Source of the DNA: a bacterium
GTDB taxonomy: Bacteria > UBP15 > UBA6099
Length of the DNA stretch: 63,682 bases
Direction: 5' to 3'
Assembly (NCBI GenBank): GCA_041664945.1
Contig: JBAYJY010000005.1
Span: 1-63,682 of the forward strand
Positions within the stretch are counted from its first letter, which is position 1. Each line of letters begins with the position of its first letter. Of this stretch, positions 9,501 through 17,689 are shown in pieces. The notes beneath the pieces are model-generated. The model worked only from the letters and a program-made list of their open reading frames with translations. It did not search any database and was not told the origin of the DNA. A program made the translations under genes and the position numbers.

Positions 9501-9668
9501 CCCGGCGCAATTTGTTTTGATTTCGAAACCACGCGCAACGGCGGCGATTTCGAAACTATTGTCTCTTTAGACAAAGCATATAGACTTTCGGCCCCGGACC
9601 CGGCCGAAAAACGCTTTGACCGTTTATCCGGGGCCTTTCGTCTAATACCCTGCTCTATCGCGCGTTTC

Positions 9669-10850
9669 TTAAAGCAGACAGGTGATCTTGCAGTCTGTCC
9701 GGTTCGTGCGCAGCCTGACTATGTTTTCCGGAACCTGCGCGAGCTTGATCCTCTTCGTGACCATTCTCGTCATGTCCATGCCGGAAGCCATGCAGTTGAT
9801 GACGCGCGGGAACGTGCCGTCTCCGGAGTGGCCCTGAGCGCCGATAATCTCCGCGCGGCGAACCTGGAGCACCTCGCCCGTAACCGGCATCTTGGCGTCC
9901 GCGCGGGCTACGACGACTATCGTCGCATTGCACGAGCGGCCTTCCCATACAGCCTGCTCGATGAGCGGATAAACCTGCGTGGGCAGTCCGGTCGCCTCGA
10001 GATAGAGATCCGCGCCATGCCCGTCTGTATATTTCAAAACTTTTTCAACGAAATTCTCTTTGAGCGGATTGATGACATAGTCCGCGCCGAGCGCCTTGGC
10101 CATCTTCGCGCGGCTCGGTTCGGGTTCGGACATGATTACCGCCGCGGCTCCCATTCGCTTCAATATCGCTGTCGCCGCCTGGCCTACCGGCCCGCCGCCG
10201 CATATCACAACGAAGTCGCCCGGAAGAATGCCTTTCCCGCGCTGCACAACCGCGTTGTATGCCACGCACGTCGGCTCCACAAGGCTGCCGGCTATGAACA
10301 GCTCATCGCCCTTATAGTTCTTTCTCAGCGCTTCGAGACTCCACACGACGCGGTCCGGAACGACTATGTACTTCGCGAACGCTCCGTTGACGTTGAACCC
10401 GATCTCATCGAGCTTCTCGCAGTGGTTCGGATAACCGTCCGCGCAGGGCCGGCAGCGTCCGCACCACAGCATCTCTTCAGCCGTGACCGCTTCGCCGGCC
10501 TTGAACGGCTTGCCCGTCCGCTTGCTGATCGCGCCGGGGCCGCTCTTCACCACTATGCCGCTGAACTCGTGTCCCAGCGTGGCGGGGAATCCCGTGAGCC
10601 CCGGATACCAGATATAACCCTTATTGTCGGGCTGCGCCATGTGCACGTCTGAACCGCAGATGCCGCACGCCTTAACCTCTATCAAAACCTCGTTCGGACC
10701 CGGTTCGGGAACTTCGACATCCTCAATTTTCAAAACCGGATTCTTCCAGACCAGGCTTCCTAAATAGGTCTGTACGCCGTCGATGTCCTTTGCGCCAAGC
10801 TTGAAGCCCGGCTTCGGAGCCCATTTCGCATGTAATCTCACCGCTTTCAT
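9669..10850 (-). CDS. zinc-dependent medium-chain alcohol/polyol dehydrogenase family protein
   Basis: 393 aa. GICGSDVH and GHEFSG zinc-ADH motifs and a Rossmann GGGPVGQ motif. Substrate not assignable. Confidence 0.75.
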   Translation of the reverse strand: MKAVRLHAKWAPKPGFKLGAKDIDGVQTYLGSLVWKNPVLKIEDVEVPEPGPNEVLIEVKACGICGSDVHMAQPDNKGYIWYPGLTGFPATLGHEFSGIVVKSGPGAISKRTGKPFKAGEAVTAEEMLWCGRCRPCADGYPNHCEKLDEIGFNVNGAFAKYIVVPDRVVWSLEALRKNYKGDELFIAGSLVEPTCVAYNAVVQRGKGILPGDFVVICGGGPVGQAATAILKRMGAAAVIMSEPEPSRAKMAKALGADYVINPLKENFVEKVLKYTDGHGADLYLEATGLPTQVYPLIEQAVWEGRSCNATIVVVARADAKMPVTGEVLQVRRAEIIGAQGHSGDGTFPRVINCMASGMDMTRMVTKRIKLAQVPENIVRLRTNRTDCKITCLL

Positions 10851-10949
10851 TCGTAATCCCTCCCAGAGATAATTATCGCCGGGCAGACCCCGGCGGTTGA
10901 ACTCAATTTAAATCGGATTGTTTCGCCGCGCCCGCCAATCGCGCCTGCG

Positions 10950-13541
10950 TCACCGCCAGAACTTGACGACATCGCCCGGTTCCCTGTAAACCGTCTTGAC
11001 GACGTCGTGCCTCACCGGCGTTTTTATCAAATGAAAATAATCGAGGATGACGTTGCTGACCCTGAAGCAGTAATCATCAAACGCGCGCGACTTGATGTCG
11101 TTTATCTGGCTGTACTGCAGCGTCGACGACACCGCGCCGTCCAGAAAACCGGTCCCGACCAGCTCATCGTCGTAAAGCGGCTTCTTTTCCCCGACAAGGA
11201 TTACCCGCGTTTCTATCGGATAATCGCCTTCCACATAGTCTTTCTTCTTCAGGCCTTTGTAGCGCGTATTTACCTTGTCGGTCAAATGCTGGCGGCCTAT
11301 TTTCCCTATGTAAACAATATCGGCAGGATACTTGTTCAACATCTTCTGGACGTATGCGTCGGCGGTTTTCTCACGATAGGTCGTGAATGCGAGATTCTCT
11401 TCCGGCACGACTACGTTGAAGTATCCGGATTCTGAAAGCGATTTTACAAGCCGTTTTGTATAAGTCTCGGCGGGCGTCGGCGTCCAGCGCTCGGTGCCCG
11501 GCAGATTCTCGAACGGCAGAACCAGAACAGTCCGTTTGTGGTAGTTCGATTTGAACACTTCGTAAAAATCGAGCGGCGCCACTGGCGTCAGCGACATCAG
11601 CGGAACCTCCGCGTCAACTCCGGAAACCCTGAAATAGGGTTCAAGTTCGGTGTCTTTCGGCAAGTGGATAGGTTCGAAGCTAAGCCCGGATTTATCTACC
11701 AGGAAACTGAAATTCGAGATAATGGTATCATTGTGAGGATCGAGCTTGAGCGCTCGGTGGGCGAGTTCCTGAGCGTTCATGAAATCGCCTTTTTCAAAAT
11801 AACAGATCGAGATGTTGTTCAAAACGCCGGCCTTGAGACACCCGAGTTCTATGGCCTTGGTCAGGAGTTGAACGCCGGCGTCGCAGTCGCCGAGCAGAAC
11901 CTTGACCGAACCGAGATTGGCTGCGGCGCAACCGTTTGCGGCGTCTGAAGCGATCGCCTTTTCGAACTCCTCGCGCGCCATTTCCGGCCTTTTGAGAAGC
12001 TGGTCCACATAGCCGAGACTATTGCGGGCGGTTGAGTGGCCGGGGTTTTCATTCAACACTTCTCTGTACGCCGCCGCGGCCTGATGCAGAAATCCGCGCT
12101 GCTCGTCAACCATGCCCCTGACCGTTTTGAAATCGATATTATCGGGATAAATAGCAAGCGCCCGCTCGATGTTGCGTTCCGCGTTATCCGGATCGCCGAC
12201 CTTGAGATCGTATTTCGCGGCGCGGTAGAATTCCGTCGCTCGCTGCTCGGCCAAGGCCTCGCGTTTCGCGCGTTCGATTTTCGCCGCTTCTTCTTTCGTC
12301 GGCTCCGGCGCCGGAGCGGGCTTGATGGATTTTCGCGTATATTCCGGCGAGCCGGCGTCAGCGGATTTGCGTTCCGGGACATTCGCCGCGGAGAGCAAAA
12401 CCGCCTCTTCCGCCGGGGCGGGCTGCGGCGCGGCCTTAACTGGCTCAGCCTTTGGCTGCTTGGCAACCTGCGCCGGTTCCGGCCTCGGTTTTTTCGCTTC
12501 CGGCTGCTTTTTAGCCGCCGGCTCGGCGGGTTTCGGCTTCTCCGCCGGCTTCGTCTGCGTTCTCATGCGCGGCTGCGGCGCATTATTCTCCGCCGCGGGC
12601 GCGGAAGCGACAGCGGTCGGGGCGGCTGGCTCGGCGGCGGCAGGAGCCTGAGCCGCGCTTGGCGTTTCCTGCGGCTGTTGCGCCATCGCCGGCGCTTCGC
12701 CCTCCGGTTTCGGCTTCAGCGTCATTTCCTTCGGCAACCCCTTCAGCGTTCCTTCGGCATACGTGTTGGCCGCCTGCTTTTCCCTTTCCGCTTTGAGAAA
12801 CTCGTAATTTCTTTTGAATTGCTCATTCTGCGGATCGAACTTCATCACTTCTTCCATTTGCTTGATCGCGTCGTCATATTTACCCAGCTTATAGTACGCG
12901 AACGCCAGATTGTTTCGCGGCAGCGGATAGTCGGGCGCGAGCTCCACGGCCTTTTCGTGATAGGCCACGGCGTTCTTAAAATCGCCGCGTTCCGTATATA
13001 CGTTCCCAAGATTGACGTAGGCCGTCAGCAGCTTGTCGTTCAGCGAAATCGCCGTTCGAAGCTCTTTTTCCGCTTCGTCATAATTTTTCATGAGATAATA
13101 ATTCTGCCCGATGTTATTGTGCAGAATCGCCAGGTCGGGACTTTCGGCCGGCGTGAGAGCAAGCGACTGCTTGAACGATTCGATCGAGTTCTGGTAATCG
13201 CCTTTGGCGTTATAGCAAACGCCCAATCCGCTTTGCGCCTCCGCCAGCTTCGGGTCCAGTTCAACCGCTTTCTTGAGGTATTTGAAAGCTTCCTCATACT
13301 TCGCGGCGTCAATGAAAGCGAGCCCAAGCGCATTCTGATAAAACGCGTTTTCGGGCTCCTTTTCGACAGCGCTCGTCAATTCGGCGATAGCCTCTGACTG
13401 TCTGTTTTCCTGCTGAAGCTGAAGCGCCTTTTGGTAATGATCCCAGCCGGTCTGGGCTAAAATGCGCGGCGTCGCTACAGCCAGCAGCAACATCGCCAGC
13501 CCTGCGATCAGCCCGACGCGATACTTTTTGGATAAACTCAT
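10950..13541 (-). CDS. exported TPR-repeat protein with Pro/Ala/Lys-rich linker and CsgG/LpoB-like C-terminal domain
   Basis: 863 aa. Signal peptide, about 7 N-terminal TPRs, a roughly 150-aa low-complexity PAKE-rich linker, and more TPRs. The C-terminal TVLVLPFENLPG...LVKSLSESGYFNVV is reminiscent of CsgG/LpoB-type periplasmic domains. Confidence 0.65.
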   Translation of the reverse strand: MSLSKKYRVGLIAGLAMLLLAVATPRILAQTGWDHYQKALQLQQENRQSEAIAELTSAVEKEPENAFYQNALGLAFIDAAKYEEAFKYLKKAVELDPKLAEAQSGLGVCYNAKGDYQNSIESFKQSLALTPAESPDLAILHNNIGQNYYLMKNYDEAEKELRTAISLNDKLLTAYVNLGNVYTERGDFKNAVAYHEKAVELAPDYPLPRNNLAFAYYKLGKYDDAIKQMEEVMKFDPQNEQFKRNYEFLKAEREKQAANTYAEGTLKGLPKEMTLKPKPEGEAPAMAQQPQETPSAAQAPAAAEPAAPTAVASAPAAENNAPQPRMRTQTKPAEKPKPAEPAAKKQPEAKKPRPEPAQVAKQPKAEPVKAAPQPAPAEEAVLLSAANVPERKSADAGSPEYTRKSIKPAPAPEPTKEEAAKIERAKREALAEQRATEFYRAAKYDLKVGDPDNAERNIERALAIYPDNIDFKTVRGMVDEQRGFLHQAAAAYREVLNENPGHSTARNSLGYVDQLLKRPEMAREEFEKAIASDAANGCAAANLGSVKVLLGDCDAGVQLLTKAIELGCLKAGVLNNISICYFEKGDFMNAQELAHRALKLDPHNDTIISNFSFLVDKSGLSFEPIHLPKDTELEPYFRVSGVDAEVPLMSLTPVAPLDFYEVFKSNYHKRTVLVLPFENLPGTERWTPTPAETYTKRLVKSLSESGYFNVVVPEENLAFTTYREKTADAYVQKMLNKYPADIVYIGKIGRQHLTDKVNTRYKGLKKKDYVEGDYPIETRVILVGEKKPLYDDELVGTGFLDGAVSSTLQYSQINDIKSRAFDDYCFRVSNVILDYFHLIKTPVRHDVVKTVYREPGDVVKFWR

Positions 13542-13665
13542 CCCCTCACCTCGGCATATGCTTTTCGGTTATATTACGAACGTGAAAACTCTCCAATGAC
13601 GCAAATGGCGGCTTGCCGCCTCTATTAATAATACTTCAGACAATAACATTACTAGATATCAGATG

Positions 13666-15717
13666 TTATTGCAAGTTCTCAAGAGCCTTGCGGGCGGCCG
13701 GCGCCGCATCATTCACCGGATTCGCATCGATCCCTTTCCGGTACCACTCCCTCGCCTTCTCTTTGTCCCTGTAACGGTCCCGGTAAAGATTCCCGATATA
13801 AATATATGCGATCGTCTGGTCCTGCCGCGCGGCGATCGCTTTTTTGTAATAAACGAGCGCTTTTTCCAATTCGCGGCGCGCCTCGTAAAGCTTTGCGACC
13901 TTGATCTGAAGATCGAAGTTCTGCGGCTGCAGGTCCGCCGAGACCGCAAGATGCGCGACCGCGTCGCCGTACCGCCCGACCTGCAAATAGGCTTCCCCGG
14001 CCTTGAGTTGAAGGACCGGATCGGACTTGTTGCGGTTCAGCGCCTTGAGCGCTTCCTCGTAAGCCGCCGCCGCCTTGCTGTGCCGGTGATGAATGGAATG
14101 CTGGTTCCCTATGTATATCAGGGATTTGGAGAACCTGTCACGCGCTTTCATGTCGGACGGCCGGTAACTCAAATATCTGCGGTATTGGTCCGTCGCCCGC
14201 CAGTAATCCTTGCTGTTGTAGTAAAAATTGCCGAGGTCGAGACGCGCGTCCGGAAACTCCGGCTGCTCCTTTATCACGCCCAGATAGAGCGCAAGCGCAT
14301 CCTTAAGCTTGTTCTGTTCCCAATAACTCTTCGCAAGCGCTTTCCGGCATAAATAATCCGGCGCCTGAACTTCGATGCAGACTTTGAGCCGCTTCTCTCC
14401 GGCGTCCGGCCGGCCCGCCATTCTGAGCAGCGCGTTCTCGCTGTAGTACCAGCGCGCGGGCGATATCCTCGCGAAAAGAAACAAAACCAGCATGACCGTT
14501 CCGGCGACGATCATAAGCGCCCCGACGCTTTCCGGTATCTGAATTTCTATATGTTTAAATTTATTGGCGTACCTGCGGGCCGTTCTGAAAATCACGAGCG
14601 CGCTCAGCAGCGTGAACAACATGCCGGCGCCGGTGACGCTGAGAAAAAACCCGAGCCACGACGTCGCGGCTTTCCCAGCCTGAACGTGTTTGACTGCGGC
14701 GAGTTCGCCGGGCGTCACAAGCCGCGACTTTCCCGGCGCTCCATTCACGACAACCTGCCCGGCTGCCGGATTTGCCGTCTGCCGCGCGACTATCGGCGGC
14801 CTGCCGGGCGCAACGGGATTCGGAATCTGCGCCGTTCCGCTCGCGGGCAGCATTTCCACCTTCTTTATCAACTGCAACTGCGGAAGCGGGTCGTTCGGCA
14901 GCGCCACGGCGCGATTCTGCAGATACTGATCGTACACAGGCCCGATTCCCTGCTTCGCGTTCAAATGCCTCAAGCCGAGAAGCAGCGTCCCCGCGGTCAG
15001 CAGTATCGATATAAAAGCGAGCGCCTGCATGAACGTCACAATTCGTTTGGGATAGATCGTCAGCGCGAGGTTGATTGCGAACACCGCGGCTATAAGCGAG
15101 CCGACGGTCAGCCACGGCGCCATATACACGCGATCCGTAAAAAGGAAAATCACTGGCAGCCTGAACGCGGAAAGCGGCTCGCCGTCGTAAAAATAGAACC
15201 AGGGAAGAGCCAGAGCCGGCAGCAGCAGCAGCGTTCCGAGCGCCAGCCAGAAAACCGGCTCCTTGTAAATCGGCCCCAGTTTTTTTCTCTTCTTTTTCTT
15301 CTTATCAGCGGCTTCAGCCAACATTGCGGCTACGAAAGCCTCCTCGTCATCCGGGAGGGCGGCCGTTTCCGCCGGCGGCTCCGGCTGGCTATTTTGTTTC
15401 GGCTTGAGCTTCTCGAGCTTTTGCGCTTCCCGGGCCGCGAATTCCGCCTGTTGCGCGCTTTCCTGAGAAAAACCGAGCCCGGTGATTTTCTCGCCCGTGC
15501 GCCTGTCTTTCGACGGGTCGAACATTTCCATGCCGGAAGCGCCCGCGCCGTCGGGTTCCAGGCCGATGCTTGGTCCGGGCTTAAAAGCGGCAGGCGGCGG
15601 ACCCGGAATATTCGGAATTTCGGGCGCTGAAGCCAATGGAACGGCCGGAGTTCCGCATTTCCCGCAAAACTTACGTCCGTCGGGAATCGTGTTCCCGCAA
15701 TTATCGCATATCAGCAT
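13666..15717 (-). CDS. zinc-ribbon / polytopic membrane / TPR protein
   Basis: 683 aa. N-terminal CDNC...CGKC double zinc ribbon, Pro-rich linker, KKKKKRKK stop-transfer, several TM helices and C-terminal TPR repeats. Confidence 0.65.
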   Translation of the reverse strand: MLICDNCGNTIPDGRKFCGKCGTPAVPLASAPEIPNIPGPPPAAFKPGPSIGLEPDGAGASGMEMFDPSKDRRTGEKITGLGFSQESAQQAEFAAREAQKLEKLKPKQNSQPEPPAETAALPDDEEAFVAAMLAEAADKKKKKRKKLGPIYKEPVFWLALGTLLLLPALALPWFYFYDGEPLSAFRLPVIFLFTDRVYMAPWLTVGSLIAAVFAINLALTIYPKRIVTFMQALAFISILLTAGTLLLGLRHLNAKQGIGPVYDQYLQNRAVALPNDPLPQLQLIKKVEMLPASGTAQIPNPVAPGRPPIVARQTANPAAGQVVVNGAPGKSRLVTPGELAAVKHVQAGKAATSWLGFFLSVTGAGMLFTLLSALVIFRTARRYANKFKHIEIQIPESVGALMIVAGTVMLVLFLFARISPARWYYSENALLRMAGRPDAGEKRLKVCIEVQAPDYLCRKALAKSYWEQNKLKDALALYLGVIKEQPEFPDARLDLGNFYYNSKDYWRATDQYRRYLSYRPSDMKARDRFSKSLIYIGNQHSIHHRHSKAAAAYEEALKALNRNKSDPVLQLKAGEAYLQVGRYGDAVAHLAVSADLQPQNFDLQIKVAKLYEARRELEKALVYYKKAIAARQDQTIAYIYIGNLYRDRYRDKEKAREWYRKGIDANPVNDAAPAARKALENLQ

Positions 15718-15820
15718 CGCATTTCATCTCCGCATAAAACTCTGAACAACGCTCATTATACTACGGATGAAAAATCATTTATGCAGCCGCGTTATAAATA
15801 TTTGCAAACCGGGGCGTTTC

Positions 15821-16669
15821 CTAAATGCTGCGCGCGTAAATCAAAGTCGCAAATACCATCAGCCACGCGAGAACCGAGCAGACAATAATGGAATCCGAGA
15901 GAATCGCCTGAAGATGCTCACGGCCGGGAGCGCCGCGTTTGGCGACCGCAGCATATCGCCAAATCGCAATCCCGACGAACGGCGCGGTGGTCCACAGCCA
16001 GCTCGTGTGATATTTCTCAGGCCCGGCGCCGGAAAAACTGTAAACCGTATAGACGACAAACGTCGCCGCTCCCGCCGCCCGGAATGTCCATTCCTGCAAA
16101 GCGGACGCCGCTTCCGCGCCGTCTCCATAAAAACGCTTGCCCGAGACTACATAAAACGCAAGCAGGAACGCAGACGGATAGACCCAGGACGAAACAGCGA
16201 CGCCTATCGCCACGGCGCCGGCGAGAATTCTCAGAATCATCCCGCCGGAGATTATCGCCACTCCGGGAACGGAGAACCGCTTGAAAAACCACGAATACAA
16301 GAGCATGGCCGAGACATATGCCGCAACGATCGCTGAATAGGCGGCGCCGATAGATATCGAACACGCCGCCGCCCCAGCCGCCATCGCTACGGCCAAAGCC
16401 GCCATCGCTCCCCCGGACAACCGGCCCGCGGCATACGGCCTTTGTTTCTTTACGAAGTCCGCGCGGTCCTGCGCGGCATCTTTCAGATCGTTTATGATAT
16501 AAATCAGGCTCGCTGCGAAACAGAATCCGGCGAACGCCATCAATTCGCGTTTAAGCTCCAGCTCCCGGAAAGGAAACGCCTCCCCGGAGAAAAACAGCGG
16601 CGCGAGCGTCAGCAGGTTCTTCACCCAGTGCGCCGGCCGCATCGTTTTGATTAAATCCATTGGTCGCAT
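15821..16669 (-). CDS. UbiA-family prenyltransferase, decaprenyl-phosphate phosphoribosyltransferase-like
   Basis: N-terminal LIKTMRPAHWVKNLL and the NDLKDAAQD (NDxxDxxxD) motif, with about 8 TM helices. Start uncertain: ATG 16669 or 16660, or TTG 16747 as in the ORF track. Confidence 0.7.
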   Translation of the reverse strand: MRPMDLIKTMRPAHWVKNLLTLAPLFFSGEAFPFRELELKRELMAFAGFCFAASLIYIINDLKDAAQDRADFVKKQRPYAAGRLSGGAMAALAVAMAAGAAACSISIGAAYSAIVAAYVSAMLLYSWFFKRFSVPGVAIISGGMILRILAGAVAIGVAVSSWVYPSAFLLAFYVVSGKRFYGDGAEAASALQEWTFRAAGAATFVVYTVYSFSGAGPEKYHTSWLWTTAPFVGIAIWRYAAVAKRGAPGREHLQAILSDSIIVCSVLAWLMVFATLIYARSI

Positions 16670-16795
16670 CGCTTGATTCAAGCTGTTTTCGTCATTAGCA
16701 TCTGGCGCCCGGGCTGATAAAAAATGCTTCAAACCGCCGGCGCCCAATCGCTCTTCGGGCTAATTCCGGCATCGGCGATAGGAATCCGGCCGTGG

Positions 16796-17566
16796 TTAAT
16801 TTTCTTCCGCGTTCATTTTGATGACTTTTCGGATTTTGCGGAGCAGGGATTCGGCGGTGAAAGGCTTCAATATATAACCGGAGGCGCCGTGCTGCATTGC
16901 CTGAAACACCTTGCTCTTCTCCCGGAGCACGGAAAGCATTATGACCGGAATACCTTTTGTCTCCGGAAAATCCTTGAGGAGCATTAGAGTCGAGAAGCCG
17001 TCGAGATCCGGCATGATGATATCGAGCAGAATCAGGTCCGGGCGCCATTCCTTCGCCTTCTCGATGCCGATATAGCCGTTGTTGGCGGTTATGACGTGGA
17101 AACTATCCGCGAAGATATCCTCAACGAGTTTGAGGACGACTTTATCGTCGTCGATTATCAGCATGTTGAGCCGGCGGCGGGCCGGGAGCGCTTTATCCGG
17201 TTCGATAATCTCATCGTGAACCTGCGATTTGAGGCGCTTGACCACGTAATCAAGAACGGCTCTTTCTTTATCCGGGCTGATTTTAACAAACTGGACGCCG
17301 ATGCGGAAACGGAAGCGCCCCATGGGCGGCTCTATTCGCTCGACCCAACGGACTTCTCCGAGTCCGATTACGGGTTTCGTGTCGCCCGGCAGCCCGAACT
17401 CGATCGACAGTTTCGCGCCTTCCAGTATGTCGTATTCAGAAAGCAGACAGATTCCGCCGGCGCTGATATTCTTAAGGCTCGCCATGCTGATGTCCATATT
17501 TTCGGGAACGCGGTATTTGACCATGCCCTTAACTTCAATACGCGGGAATTGTCGCTTGTCGCTCAT
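16796..17566 (-). CDS. PilZ-domain (c-di-GMP binding) / receiver-domain fusion protein
   Basis: Start set at ATG 17566 (MSDKRQFPRIE), 7 nt after AGGAG. PilZ motifs R5-x3-R9 and N33-x-S35-x2-G38 are intact. C-terminal REC with acceptor region LILLDIIMPDLDG. Confidence 0.8.
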   Translation of the reverse strand: MSDKRQFPRIEVKGMVKYRVPENMDISMASLKNISAGGICLLSEYDILEGAKLSIEFGLPGDTKPVIGLGEVRWVERIEPPMGRFRFRIGVQFVKISPDKERAVLDYVVKRLKSQVHDEIIEPDKALPARRRLNMLIIDDDKVVLKLVEDIFADSFHVITANNGYIGIEKAKEWRPDLILLDIIMPDLDGFSTLMLLKDFPETKGIPVIMLSVLREKSKVFQAMQHGASGYILKPFTAESLLRKIRKVIKMNAEEN

Positions 17567-17622
17567 TTCAGTTCTCCTGTCGGTATGCCAAAACAAATAA
17601 AAGAGCAAAAACGTATTCATGT

Positions 17623-17651
17623 ATATTAATAATGTCGCGCTTAAAAATCAA
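17623..17651 (-). promoter_or_regulatory. sigma70-like promoter candidate for the PilZ-REC gene
   Basis: On the minus strand: TTGATT (17651-17646), 17 nt, TAATAT (17628-17623). It lies about 55 nt upstream of ATG 17566. Confidence 0.4.
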
Positions 17652-17689
17652 TCAAAAAACAGCCGGACGGGAGAAAAAACATATAGCGG

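Noticed and set aside
9579-9610. 8-bp hairpin TTTCGGCC...GGCCGAAA between the Zn-ADH and diguanylate cyclase genes
   Set aside because: It could be a terminator. On the transcribed (minus) strand, however, the T residues are part of the stem rather than a trailing U-tract, so I left it unannotated.
12036-13397. 453-aa plus-strand ORF (also 7336-8409, 9462-10652, 23917-25356, 26240-26962, 43761-44507, 52560-53246, 54901-55536, 55847-56386, 57563-59353, 61486-62385, 63082-63600)
   Set aside because: All lie antisense to genes with clear motifs. They are extremely Arg/Leu/Pro/His-rich, as expected for shadow frames in GC-rich DNA, and carry no RBS or domain signatures.
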